64,000 nucleotides of DNA from Bacteroidia bacterium (GCA_025454975.1 JALONK010000013.1:994-64993); one strand, 5' to 3'. Positions 19,185 to 29,423 are shown, counted from the stretch's first letter. Notes: a model not told the origin generated them from the sequence alone. Numbers and translations are program-made.

Positions 19185-22076
19185 ATGAAGCTGATTATAT
19201 TTTCTTTTTTACTTCTATTTTCAAATGGCTTAATAGCTCAAGAGCCATATCCTTTTTGGATAACGGAACAACAAGGGCTACCATCAAATACTGTTTATCA
19301 TGTTTATCATGATACAAAAGGATTCACTTGGCTAGCTACAGAAGAGGGTTTGTGTAGATATGATGGAACCGCGTTTAAAAAATATCATAACAACAAACAA
19401 ACTTCTGTACCCGGTAGTGATATCAAACAAGATGTTACAGGAAGGATTTGGTACCAAAACTTTGATGGGTATTGTTATTATATCGAGCATGATTCACTAA
19501 AAAGCTTGCATCAAAATCAACCATTAAATTATAACCCAATAGGAATGAATCAAAAGTTTCTTTTTGTTTTGCAAACTCAGGGAGTAGATGTGTTTGATAT
19601 CAACACATTAAAACTAATAAAAACTGTTAAGCCGCAATTGCCATTTAAGAACTTGCAAAGTAGTTACTGTATTAATGGCTTGTTTTATTTTATTGATGGA
19701 TATACACTTTATTCGGTCGGAGATGATTTAGTTATTAAAAAAGAAATGGCTTTTAGATTTTTATCAAATCATCAACAGTTAATTATATCCCAATATAATA
19801 AGAGTCCTGCTACGTATTTAAAATATAGCGAAACCAATAAAATATCCTTTTTTCAAACAGGTAAAGGTGAAGAAAGCGTATCAACACCGGGCCCAATTGG
19901 AATTAATGGAACGGCTTTTATCATGGGAAAGTTTGCCATATATGGTAATAGTGGGTTGCTTATCTATGAAAACAATAAAGTGGTTTCACACTGGTTTAAA
20001 AACCAAAACATCACTTCTATATCCAAAGATTTTCAAGGAAATTACTGGATTAGTACACTATCTAATGGGGTTATCCTTTTAAAAGATATATATAATCACT
20101 ATAAAGTAATTGAACAGAAGCCAACAAAAATTATTAGCACCGAAAAGGCGCATTATGTGTTTAATTCGGTAGGAGATATTTTATACTATAACAAAAATTT
20201 TTCATTGGTAAATACTATAGCCAAGCTGGCGCCTACCGCTATTTATTACGCCCATTTAGATCAACATGGCGGAAGACTGTTCACGTCATCTTTAGGGATG
20301 AATATTATTGAATTAGACAACCATAACACCAATAATAAGTTTGTTTATGCATTAAAAGAGGTGAGTAAAATAAATGATAATTTATATGCCCTTGCTGTAA
20401 GTTCTCAATGTTTGTTATATAAGGCAAACGCAAGTATACTCAACGATGGATGGGATAGTTTATACGCTTATCTTCCCCATTCTTTAAATAAGGGATTTAA
20501 AGTTTTAGCCGAAGGATTTAGAGCAAAAACGGTTGCCTACCACCGTACCTCGTCCACGCTTTATTATGGAACTAATACTGGGCTATTTAAACAAACGCCA
20601 ACAGATAGGGTTGAGGTTAAGTATAAAAATGAAAAGGTTTTTGCGAAGAACATAATTGCTACCAAACAAAAAATATATGTACTTAATACCAAGGGTGAGT
20701 TTTATGAACTTAATTCAAAAGGGACATTTACTTTACTTAATAATTTAACTTCAATTAGTTGTAACAACATTTCTGGCGTTAAGCTTTTTAACGACACATT
20801 ATTATGTTTATATGGAGATAACAGACTGGTGCTTGTTGATGCAGATAGCCCGAGTATTCTTATTTCTAATCCGGATCATATTATAAAAACAGCAGAGCTT
20901 AATGATGTTAGCTTTGCAAACCAAACACTTTATCTGCTAACGAAAAATGGAGTGATTAGTGTGCCGATAAATATTAAAAAGAAACCACAACACCCGCCAA
21001 GATTTATTGTTGATGATATTCATATCAACGGTAGGCAAGGGTTTTTAAACAACATGACCCTTGAATATATTGATAATAATATTACCATCAACTACCTTTT
21101 AATTGATTATGATAAAACAGCACGCAATAAAGTTTTTTATTCATTAAATAATAATGAATGGGTTGAAATGTCAACAATGTCAAGAGTGCTTCAGTTTGCA
21201 GCATTAGATGCCGGAAAATATACCATACGATTTATGATTAATACTAGCGTTATAGCCGATAACGAGATATCATTCGAAATATTAAAGCCTTGGTGGCTTC
21301 GCTGGTGGTTTTTATCCTTAATGTTTTGTAGTGTTAGCTTACTAATCTTTTCGTTATATCGTTGGCAAATTAATATTGTTCATAAAAGAAATGCGTTACT
21401 TAAACAAAACTATGAGCTGGAGAAAGAATTAAACAAGTCCGTTTTAAAATCCATTAAGTCGCAGATGAATCCTCATTTTTTCTACAATGCATTAAATACA
21501 ATTCAAGGGTATATTTTTACGAATGATAAAAACAGCGCGGCTAATTATCTGAATAAGTTTTCAAAACTTACACGAAGTGTGTTAGAGATGTCGGATAAAG
21601 AATATGTGAATTTGGAAGAAGAGATTAATGCATTAGACTTATACCTTTCACTTGAAAAAATGAGGTTTGATGGTGAATTAACCTACGAAATTATAAAAGA
21701 TGAATCATTAAAAACAGACACAATTAGAATCCCTCCCATGCTTATTCAACCTCATGTTGAGAATGCCGTTAAACATGGTTTGCTGCATAAGGATGGGCAT
21801 AAGATGGTTTTAGTTTCCTTTCAGTTACACAATGGTAATCAACTAAAAATAGTAGTGGATGATAATGGGATTGGCCGAAAAAAATCGCAAGAGTTAAATG
21901 CAATAAAGAACCAAAGGCATGAGTCGTTTTCTACCGAAGCCAATCAAACCCGAATTAGCTTAATGAATAAACTAAGAAATGCCGGGGCGTCTTTAGAGAT
22001 TAAAGATAAATTTGATGAACAATCACGCTCAACAGGCACCTTAGTAACAATTATTTTACCCTATCAAAATTATTAA
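19185..22076 (+). CDS. Sensor histidine kinase, LytS/YehU family, with large periplasmic beta-propeller/Y_Y_Y-type sensor domain
   Basis: 963 aa. Signal peptide, about 700-aa extracytoplasmic region, TM WWLRWWFLSLMFCSVSLLIFSLY, His_kinase (PF06580-like) motif MNPHFFYNALNTIQ, HATPase_c. Confidence 0.8.
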   Translation: MKLIIFSFLLLFSNGLIAQEPYPFWITEQQGLPSNTVYHVYHDTKGFTWLATEEGLCRYDGTAFKKYHNNKQTSVPGSDIKQDVTGRIWYQNFDGYCYYIEHDSLKSLHQNQPLNYNPIGMNQKFLFVLQTQGVDVFDINTLKLIKTVKPQLPFKNLQSSYCINGLFYFIDGYTLYSVGDDLVIKKEMAFRFLSNHQQLIISQYNKSPATYLKYSETNKISFFQTGKGEESVSTPGPIGINGTAFIMGKFAIYGNSGLLIYENNKVVSHWFKNQNITSISKDFQGNYWISTLSNGVILLKDIYNHYKVIEQKPTKIISTEKAHYVFNSVGDILYYNKNFSLVNTIAKLAPTAIYYAHLDQHGGRLFTSSLGMNIIELDNHNTNNKFVYALKEVSKINDNLYALAVSSQCLLYKANASILNDGWDSLYAYLPHSLNKGFKVLAEGFRAKTVAYHRTSSTLYYGTNTGLFKQTPTDRVEVKYKNEKVFAKNIIATKQKIYVLNTKGEFYELNSKGTFTLLNNLTSISCNNISGVKLFNDTLLCLYGDNRLVLVDADSPSILISNPDHIIKTAELNDVSFANQTLYLLTKNGVISVPINIKKKPQHPPRFIVDDIHINGRQGFLNNMTLEYIDNNITINYLLIDYDKTARNKVFYSLNNNEWVEMSTMSRVLQFAALDAGKYTIRFMINTSVIADNEISFEILKPWWLRWWFLSLMFCSVSLLIFSLYRWQINIVHKRNALLKQNYELEKELNKSVLKSIKSQMNPHFFYNALNTIQGYIFTNDKNSAANYLNKFSKLTRSVLEMSDKEYVNLEEEINALDLYLSLEKMRFDGELTYEIIKDESLKTDTIRIPPMLIQPHVENAVKHGLLHKDGHKMVLVSFQLHNGNQLKIVVDDNGIGRKKSQELNAIKNQRHESFSTEANQTRISLMNKLRNAGASLEIKDKFDEQSRSTGTLVTIILPYQNY

Positions 22077-22077
22077 C

Positions 22078-22815
22078 ATGTATAAAGCGATCATAATTGA
22101 TGATGAAAAAATGGCAAGAACCTTATTAGAAGGAATTATTACTGAAAGCCATGCAGATTTAAGCGTTGTTGAAACCTGTAAAGATCTTCCATCAGGGGTT
22201 AAGGCTATTCGCAAACATAAGCCTGATTTGGTGTTTTTAGATATTGAGATGCCAGGACATAGCGGCCTTGAGCTATTAGATTTTTTTGATGAAAACGAGG
22301 TCACTTTTTCAATCATTTTTGTAACTGCTTACAACCAATATGCAATCCACGCCCTTCGCTTATCAGCAGTTGATTATTTATTAAAACCTGTTGATGTTAA
22401 AGAGCTTTCAGAGGCAATTACTAGATTTAAGCAACAAGAAAACAATGGAAACTATCAGGTACTTAAACATAACTTAAACACCCCCGGACTTTCTAAAATT
22501 GCTATTCATACTGTTGGTTCTGTTAAGTTTATTGATTTAAATGATATTTTGTTTTTCAAAGCAGATGGTGCGTATTCTCAAATTACTTTAAAGAATCATC
22601 AGGTTATAACAACAAGTAGAGGACTTAAATATTATGAAGACTTATTAAACAGCACACGGCAGTTTTTTCGATGTCATAAATCATACATAATTAACACCGC
22701 CTTTGTAGTTGAATATATTAAATCAGATGGAGGCTCTCTCTTACTTGAGGGTGGATTTAATGTAGGACTCTCATCTGATAAGGCAGAGGAATTACTCAAT
22801 AGAATGGGAAAATAA
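22078..22815 (+). CDS. LytTR-family response regulator
   Basis: 245 aa. Receiver domain (IIDDE...DLVFLDIEMP) plus C-terminal LytTR DNA-binding domain. Starts 1 nt after the kinase stop. Confidence 0.85.
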   Translation: MYKAIIIDDEKMARTLLEGIITESHADLSVVETCKDLPSGVKAIRKHKPDLVFLDIEMPGHSGLELLDFFDENEVTFSIIFVTAYNQYAIHALRLSAVDYLLKPVDVKELSEAITRFKQQENNGNYQVLKHNLNTPGLSKIAIHTVGSVKFIDLNDILFFKADGAYSQITLKNHQVITTSRGLKYYEDLLNSTRQFFRCHKSYIINTAFVVEYIKSDGGSLLLEGGFNVGLSSDKAEELLNRMGK

Positions 22816-23645
22816 AAAAGAGGCTGCTCTATAATAACATTAATTGGCGGGTAAGTTTCTGTTTATTCAAATCGCCTAAATAAAAACGGCTTATGTTTTC
22901 ACGAATAACAAAAACCACAATAACACCTACATTCATTTTTGAATTCAATAGCAGGTAAAAAGGTATAAATGTATATGCTTTAGGTTGAATAAATATGGTT
23001 TTTCCTGATGCGTTCCAATTCCGATATTTTGTATTTGGTAATACGTTGGGTTGATATAGTTATTCACCCAAGAAAAAAGCAATTGTGTTTTCGACTAAAC
23101 CGGATGGTAAGTTGCTCGTCGAATATTTCTGCAATAACCGTAGGATACATGCCCTTACACCATTAAAAGTAGTATGCTTTATAAATAGCGGATATGCTAT
23201 TTTGTGCCATGTACTCTATTTTCATTTATAGCCTCGGTTTATTTATGTAAGTGCGAATAAATTAATTCTGCAGGTTTCACTAGAAACTTTATTGTTTTAT
23301 TTATTCAGTTTTTATGAGTTAATGGAGCTAAGCCGGTTTGATTTTTAATAATGCTAAATAGTTAATTCAATCAGTAATCAAACCACATTAAATATGAATA
23401 TTTAAGGGCTAAGTGAGCGTGGCAGGAGATATAAAATTTGTAATGGATATTGTGTTAAATAGGATTCGATGTTTTATGAAATGTATATTTTTGGGTTAAT
23501 AAAAGTTGAAGATGTGTGTTTTAAACAGTGAAAGGTTAAGGCTTTAATTAAACAGAACGGAGCTTGATGGCCATCGCTTATGGTTGCTTAAATGATTCAG
23601 CATGGCTAACATTCATGTTAAACAAAATAAGTGTTGTGAAGAATA

Positions 23646-24455
23646 TTATTCGTCTACAAAACTTAAAACAATATTTATGTCGAAGTCACATTTCCTATTG
23701 TGAATGACAGCAGGCATCCAAATTGGCATTTTTTCAACTAACCTCTGAATCTGTTGAACCAGATATGGATTAGCAAAACCATAATAATCTCCCCACCGAG
23801 CTTTACCTGTGGTGTCAATTGTAATGTAAAAATGTATGGTTCCAAAGAGTTTATTTCCTTGCGGGTCCGTAGGGAATGTCATTTTCTTGCTTACATAATT
23901 TTTAAATCCGATGTCCTCCTCAAGGCCATTTAAACTTGGCGGTAGGTATAGAACATTATTTTTTGAAACAGCTCCATTTGGATCCCAGAGTTGAGCATCT
24001 AAAAGTATTGAGTCGTTTGTATACTCTTCTATAGCGCTTATTGTGCCATTTCGGTGGTAATAAACACATTTATTAGAGGCCTTTTTGTAGTTACAAACAT
24101 AGTCGGCAAGCCCGTCCTCGAAAAAGCCAAAACTCTTGCCAAAAAGCTGGTTGTTCCGATAGGTTTCTTGGGCCTTTAATTGGCCATTGGAATAATAATA
24201 TTTAAAAGTATCTGTTTTAATTGTGCATGCTTTGTCATCAAAACTTCCCACCATTTTAAGCTTTCCATTAATATAATAATCATAACAAATATAGAACGCG
24301 TTGCTTTTAACTACTTTTCTGTAATAAGCCGCATTTTCTTTTGTTGTTGTAGCAGTGCCGTTTTTATCAAAAAGAACTGTTGCAATGGTGTCTTGCGCTC
24401 GGATGTACGTTACAGACAAGAAAAATATTAATAACAGAAAAACAAACCTTACCAT
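23646..24455 (-). CDS. Secreted hypothetical protein with MORN-variant (YwqK-like) repeats
   Basis: 269 aa. Signal peptide; repeated Y..NG.L...G motifs. Confidence 0.4.
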   Translation of the reverse strand: MVRFVFLLLIFFLSVTYIRAQDTIATVLFDKNGTATTTKENAAYYRKVVKSNAFYICYDYYINGKLKMVGSFDDKACTIKTDTFKYYYSNGQLKAQETYRNNQLFGKSFGFFEDGLADYVCNYKKASNKCVYYHRNGTISAIEEYTNDSILLDAQLWDPNGAVSKNNVLYLPPSLNGLEEDIGFKNYVSKKMTFPTDPQGNKLFGTIHFYITIDTTGKARWGDYYGFANPYLVQQIQRLVEKMPIWMPAVIHNRKCDFDINIVLSFVDE

Positions 24456-24465
24456 ACGAAAGCGA

Positions 24466-25773
24466 TTAAGGCTCTTGCGTCCAGTTTGCCCTGTCCATCG
24501 GACTAAATTGCCAAGGTGCTTGATTGTTTTCTAAGTTACTAAACATGTTGTTAAGTGAACCGGGTGCCGATGATTGTTCCATAACCTTATATCGCCTCAT
24601 TTCAACAATCAACTCCATTGGGTTTATGTTTACCGGACAGGCTTCAACACAAGCATTGCAAGTGTTACACGCCCATAGTTCTTCTTCACTGATATAGCTG
24701 TGTAGGTTTTTACCATCATCAATAAACGTCCCTTTATTGGCGTCAATATTTTTACCAACCTCTTCTAGTCGGTCGCGTACATTCATAACAATTTTTCTTG
24801 GCGACAACAATTTTCCTGTAATGTTTTGAGGGCAACTACTGGTACAACGACCACATTCAGTGCATGTGTAGGCGTCCATCAAATTTTTCCAGGTAAGGTC
24901 TTGTACATCTTTAACACCAAAGCTTGTTGGTGGTTGGTATCCATCAGGAGTAGGTGCTGATGGGTCTAGCATTAACTTTACCTCTTGGGTAACACTTCCC
25001 ATATTGTTAAGCTCCCCCTTTGATTTTAAATTAGAATAAAACGTATTAGGGAATGCCATAATGATATGGAAGTGCTTACTAAATGGAAGGTAATTCATAA
25101 AAGCAAATATGCCAATGATATGAAACCACCAAGCAGCACGTTCAATAAATACTAAAGTTCCATCACTTAATGAATTGAATAACGGGGCGATTAACCAACT
25201 GCTGATTGGAAACGAGCCTACCTGGGTGTAGTGCTCTGCTGCGCGACTTTGTAATATTTGGTCGGCACCATTCATTTTTAATAAGGCAGCCATTAAAACA
25301 ATTTCAACAAACAAAATGGTGGCTGCATCTTTGTTCGGTTGTCCGGTTAACTCAGCACCTTGGAAACGAGCTATTTTAAGAACATATCTTCTGGTAAGAA
25401 AAAACACACAAGCGATGAGTACGCCAAAAGCCAAAATCTCAAAAAAGCCAATCGCAAGGTTATAAACCGGGCCTAAAAAGGATAATACACGGTGGGTTCC
25501 AAAAATACCATCAATTAAAATCTCTAACACTTCAATGTTAATGAGTACAAACCCAACATAAACTACCAAGTGGAGAATAAATGGTACCGGACGTACCGCC
25601 ATTTTCGATTGGCCAAAAGCTACTTTAAGCATGGTTTTCCAACGCTCGGCGGGATTGTCAGACAAATCAATATCCTTGCCTAATAAAATGTTCCTTCTTA
25701 TTCTACCAAGGTTTTTAGCGAAGAAGTAAATAGAAGCCGCTGACAAAAGAACAAACAGTATTTGTGAAATCAT
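24466..25773 (-). CDS. Membrane-anchored 4Fe-4S dicluster (ferredoxin-type) oxidoreductase subunit
   Basis: 435 aa. About five N-terminal TM helices; two CxxCxxCxxxCP motifs (CTECGRCTSSCP, CNTCNACVEACP). Confidence 0.7.
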   Translation of the reverse strand: MISQILFVLLSAASIYFFAKNLGRIRRNILLGKDIDLSDNPAERWKTMLKVAFGQSKMAVRPVPFILHLVVYVGFVLINIEVLEILIDGIFGTHRVLSFLGPVYNLAIGFFEILAFGVLIACVFFLTRRYVLKIARFQGAELTGQPNKDAATILFVEIVLMAALLKMNGADQILQSRAAEHYTQVGSFPISSWLIAPLFNSLSDGTLVFIERAAWWFHIIGIFAFMNYLPFSKHFHIIMAFPNTFYSNLKSKGELNNMGSVTQEVKLMLDPSAPTPDGYQPPTSFGVKDVQDLTWKNLMDAYTCTECGRCTSSCPQNITGKLLSPRKIVMNVRDRLEEVGKNIDANKGTFIDDGKNLHSYISEEELWACNTCNACVEACPVNINPMELIVEMRRYKVMEQSSAPGSLNNMFSNLENNQAPWQFSPMDRANWTQEP

Positions 25774-25857
25774 AGTTATTTGGGCTGTTTACGCACAATA
25801 ATAACATAAATTTTGAAGTAGTAGGCGCATAAATTCTTATTTAGATTCAAACAAAAG

Positions 25858-25888
25858 TTTGCAGAATTAAAAATTACTTTTACATTTG
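25858..25888 (+). promoter_or_regulatory. Bacteroidetes sigma-A type promoter for tRNA-Phe (-33 TTTG / -7 TACATTTG)
   Basis: TTTG at 25858-61, then 19 nt, then TACATTTG at 25881-88. The tRNA starts 16 nt downstream. Confidence 0.45.
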
Positions 25889-25903
25889 CACTCCCCAAAA
25901 CAC

Positions 25904-25976
25904 GGTGCGGTAGCTCAGTTGGTAGAGCAAAGGACTGAAAATCCTTGTGTCGGGGGTTCGATTCCCTCCCACACCA
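25904..25976 (+). tRNA. tRNA-Phe (anticodon GAA)
   Basis: GGTGCGGTAGCTCAGTTGGTAGAGCAAAGGACTGAAAATCC... folds as a cloverleaf: 7-bp acceptor stem (one C·A mismatch), GCTC/GAGC D-stem, anticodon loop CTGAAAA, T-loop GGTTCGATTCC. CCA is not encoded. Confidence 0.9.
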
Positions 25977-25981
25977 CGAAG

Positions 25982-26020
25982 AAAACTCCATTGGTCTTAA
26001 CCATTGGAGTTTTTCTTTTT
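25982..26020 (+). terminator. Rho-independent terminator after tRNA-Phe
   Basis: AAAACTCCATTGG-TCTTAA-CCATTGGAGTTTT (12/13 bp stem) followed by TCTTTTT. Confidence 0.65.
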
Positions 26021-26283
26021 AGCGAAAAACCGCTCTACGTTTCTCGAAACTAATTATTACTTCCTTCTTCTTATCAAGTCCTTTTCCCTTTGTATACCCT
26101 TAGTAAATTGGTTAAACCAGATGTTTTTATTAAGCAGAATATTTATTTGAATATATGAATGGGTAACCATTCATTAAAGCGTAATAATAACAATAATGAA
26201 TGCTTTATCATAAATTTTTAATTCTGGTAAAATAGCATACTTTTGTATTGTAATTCATTCATAAAATATAAAAATAGACAAAT

Positions 26284-26604
26284 ATGACTGAGTCATCATA
26301 CACAGATTGGAACTCAATGACGGATAAGGCCATTTTAGCCCAAATTGGAAAGTTTATAAAACATCAAAGAGTTGCTCAAAATTCAACGCAAGATGTATTG
26401 TCTAAAGCAGCCGGCATTAGCCGTTCAACCTTAAGCCTACTTGAAAGAGGGGAAACAGTTACTTTACCAACATTAATACAGGTTATGCGTGTTTTAAACC
26501 AATTACAATTTATGGAACACTTCGTTTTACAGGAACAAATTAGTCCATTGTGGTTGGCAAAACAAGAAAAGTACAAGCGCAAAAGGGCAAGTAAAAGAAA
26601 ATAA
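26284..26604 (+). CDS. hipB: XRE-family HTH transcriptional regulator, HipB-like antitoxin
   Basis: 106 aa. HTH QDVLSKAAGISRSTLSLLERGE. Located 18 nt upstream of hipA-like gene. TACTTTTG -7 element at 26238-45. Confidence 0.65.
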   Translation: MTESSYTDWNSMTDKAILAQIGKFIKHQRVAQNSTQDVLSKAAGISRSTLSLLERGETVTLPTLIQVMRVLNQLQFMEHFVLQEQISPLWLAKQEKYKRKRASKRK

Positions 26605-26622
26605 ACCATCAATAAACTAGCA

Positions 26623-27918
26623 ATGAATACTGCTTTTGTTAACATTTGGGGTGAATTAGTTGGCGCTGTTGCTTGGAACGCCCGCACCGGTGTTGCAGAT
26701 TTTGAATATAATCCGGCGTTTAAAAAACGACAATGGGACTTATCGCCATTAAAAATGCCCATATCCGAACCTCGTAGAATAATCAGTTTTCCTGAATTAC
26801 GCGCGAATAAAGGAACGGAATATCATACCTTCAGAGGGCTACCCGGATTATTAGCTGACGTACTGCCTGATAGGTATGGCAACCAACTTATTAATATGTG
26901 GCTTAGTCAGCAAGGAAGGTCACTTAACGACATGAATCCTGTAGAACTTTTGTGTTTTATTGGAAGCAGAGGAATGGGGGCATTAGAGTTTCAACCGGCA
27001 ACAATGGAGCATCAGTCGGCTGTTTCATTAGAGGTAAAAAGTTTGGTTGAAACAGCTCAAAAACTACTTTCCAATAAAAAAACCTTCAGTACAAATTTTC
27101 ATGAAAAGGAAAAGGCCATCATGGATGTTTTAAAAGTAGGTACATCAGCGGGAGGCGCAAGACCAAAAGCTGTAATTGCTTTTAATGAAAAAACAGGTAG
27201 TGTAAAGTCAGGCCAAACGCATTCTCCAATAGGATTCGAACATTGGCTGATTAAGCTCGACGGAATAACAAATGCCCAGCTTGGAGCAAGTAAAGGTTAT
27301 GGTAGGGTTGAAATGGCTTATTACAATATGGCTGTTGCCTGTGGTATAGAAATGATGCCATCGAGGTTGCTTGAAGAAAATGGCAGGGCCCATTTTATGA
27401 CTAAACGATTTGATAGGGAAGGGCCAAACATTAAACATCATGTACAAACATTTTGTGCCATGAAACATTTCGACTTTAATTTAATAAATAGTTTTAGCTA
27501 TGAACAGTTATTTCAAACCATGCGCGAGCTAAAGTTAAATTATCAAGATATGGAACAGATGTATAGAAGAATGGTGTTTAATGTAATTGCAAGAAACTGC
27601 GACGACCACACGAAAAATTTTTCTTTTCTCCTTAAAAAGAATCAATCATGGGAGCTTGCACCGGCCTACGATATTTGTCACGCCTATCGCCCCGAAAGTG
27701 ATTGGGTAAGTCAACATGCTTTAAGCATTAATCAAAAAAGAAGCAACATTACAAAGCAAGATTTATTATTAGTTGGGAAACTTGTTGCAGTTAAAAAGGC
27801 CGCTTCTATTATTGATGAAATTAATGAAACCGTTTCGCAATGGAAATCTTTCGCTAAAGCTGTTGATGTTGACTCAAGGCTGATTAATCAAATTGCTAAA
27901 ACATTATGGCTTTTATAA
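26623..27918 (+). CDS. hipA: HipA-family serine/threonine kinase toxin (type II TA)
   Basis: 431 aa. HipA N-terminal/couple domains; catalytic motif VIARNCDDHTKNFSFLL. Confidence 0.8.
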   Translation: MNTAFVNIWGELVGAVAWNARTGVADFEYNPAFKKRQWDLSPLKMPISEPRRIISFPELRANKGTEYHTFRGLPGLLADVLPDRYGNQLINMWLSQQGRSLNDMNPVELLCFIGSRGMGALEFQPATMEHQSAVSLEVKSLVETAQKLLSNKKTFSTNFHEKEKAIMDVLKVGTSAGGARPKAVIAFNEKTGSVKSGQTHSPIGFEHWLIKLDGITNAQLGASKGYGRVEMAYYNMAVACGIEMMPSRLLEENGRAHFMTKRFDREGPNIKHHVQTFCAMKHFDFNLINSFSYEQLFQTMRELKLNYQDMEQMYRRMVFNVIARNCDDHTKNFSFLLKKNQSWELAPAYDICHAYRPESDWVSQHALSINQKRSNITKQDLLLVGKLVAVKKAASIIDEINETVSQWKSFAKAVDVDSRLINQIAKTLWLL

Positions 27919-28017
27919 TTTTTTATTTGCTTTGTTTATGTTGAAGCAGGTACCGGTAGCACCGTTATAATAATGTTTTTTTACGCGTCTAAATTTTGTT
28001 GGCACCATATAAAAGAT

Positions 28018-28051
28018 ACAATCAGTTTAAGGGATTTCTTAAACTGATTGT
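28018..28051. terminator. Bidirectional terminator hairpin between convergent hipA and T9SS BNR gene
   Basis: Perfect 14-bp inverted repeat ACAATCAGTTTAAG / CTTAAACTGATTGT with 6-nt loop. T-run on the minus-strand side. Confidence 0.5.
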
Positions 28052-28106
28052 ATGAATGAAACCTTTTCGACCAATTTACTTTGGGTTAATGTTTATAAGC
28101 CGAATG

Positions 28107-29423
28107 TTACTGCACAACTATTTTAACTATCTTAGTTTTATATGCAGTGGTGATGTGAAGAAAATAAATGCCACCCGGATAATTATTTAAATTTACCTGC
28201 TGCAATGTTGCTCCCTGTTGCACCTTAAGTTGGGTGCCTTTTCCATTTATATCAGTTAAATAAAGATCAATAATCAGGTCATTCAAACTGTTAATGTTTA
28301 GGATTTTATCAGTAACAGGATTAGGAAACACGTTTACATCAACTGTTGCGATTTCTTTCATTCCACTTGGAATAGAAAAGCCATTAAACAAAACGATGTT
28401 TCCATCAATAATAAGTCCTCTAGTTATTTGGTTATTTAAAAAAACAGGTTTTTTAATTACACCGTTCGTGTCAATTTTAACTTCTGTAATAGTGGCACCG
28501 CTATCTAAAGTACGATATATTTTTCTGTCGTTGTAAATTATTCCTTTTTGGGCATCCATAAATTGATGTTGGATAATACTTAGAGTATTGTACTGTGCTG
28601 ATAATAAAGTGTTGGTTTTACCTCCGTCCAACGACTTAATCAGTCCTGAATTATTTATGGCATACAATGTACTATCTCCAAAAAAATATGGACGTTTATT
28701 GTTTGATGAGTTGCCAAACCACAACGTGTCCCAAGTTAAGCCGCTATCGTTTGTTTTTAGAATAATAGATTCGAAATTTCCTATAGTATTCTGTCCCCAA
28801 ACAAATCCATTGGTATTATTAATGAATTGGAGGCTTTTTAATTCTATACGGCTTGATCCCAAAGGTGCATAAGTTTTACTCCAGGTTTGTCCGCCATTAT
28901 CGGTTCTGCAAATTTCTCCATTGCCGCTCATTACAACGCCCTCGTTGCTGTTCTTAAAATAGATGGCTCTAATTTCAGCGTTGTTAAACACTGGTGTAAA
29001 GGCTAAGTTATTACTTAGGTTTTGCCAGGTACTGCCACCATCTGTTGTTTTATATAACTGATTAGTATAACCTCCAACATACCCATTGTTTTCATCTAAG
29101 AAAAAAATGGTTTTAAAATAAGCCGGTGTAACAGGAAATTGATTTGTGTCTATTAGGGTCCAGCTCACCCCTCCATTTATGGTTTTGTAAACCACACCTT
29201 TTTCTTTTCCAACTGCCCCGTTAAATCGAAAACCTGACGCGTATCCTGTATTTTCAGATGCGAAAAACACGTTGGTATAAACAATCGAGTCTGTTTTTTT
29301 TAACGATAAGGTAAAGTCTTGAGCAAATGCAACCATGCCTGAAATCACAACCATGGATGTTAAAATGAATTTTTTCATGCTTAAAATTTTTTCTGTACAA
29401 ATGTAGAAACAGAACAAAAGCAT
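28107..29423 (-). CDS. T9SS-secreted BNR/sialidase-like repeat protein
   Basis: 438 aa. Signal peptide (probable start MKKFILTS at 29378); repeated S/T-x-D-x-G-x-T-W BNR motifs (TTDGGSTW, TDNGGQTW, TNDSGLTW); C-terminal T9SS CTD (VFPNPVTDKI...GIYFLHI...KIVKIVVQ). Confidence 0.75.
   Translation of the reverse strand: MLLFCFYICTEKILSMKKFILTSMVVISGMVAFAQDFTLSLKKTDSIVYTNVFFASENTGYASGFRFNGAVGKEKGVVYKTINGGVSWTLIDTNQFPVTPAYFKTIFFLDENNGYVGGYTNQLYKTTDGGSTWQNLSNNLAFTPVFNNAEIRAIYFKNSNEGVVMSGNGEICRTDNGGQTWSKTYAPLGSSRIELKSLQFINNTNGFVWGQNTIGNFESIILKTNDSGLTWDTLWFGNSSNNKRPYFFGDSTLYAINNSGLIKSLDGGKTNTLLSAQYNTLSIIQHQFMDAQKGIIYNDRKIYRTLDSGATITEVKIDTNGVIKKPVFLNNQITRGLIIDGNIVLFNGFSIPSGMKEIATVDVNVFPNPVTDKILNINSLNDLIIDLYLTDINGKGTQLKVQQGATLQQVNLNNYPGGIYFLHITTAYKTKIVKIVVQ

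Noticed and set aside
25776-25991. 71-aa minus-strand ORF
   Set aside because: It overlaps tRNA-Phe and its terminator on the opposite strand. Artefact.
26150-28060. Recurring TGAATG / CATTCA hexamers around hipBA (26156, 26196, 26254, 28052) as a shared operator motif
   Set aside because: The hexamer is AT-rich and also occurs in unrelated intergenic regions (e.g. 29445). Only the 26156-26173 dyad was retained, as a low-interest finding.
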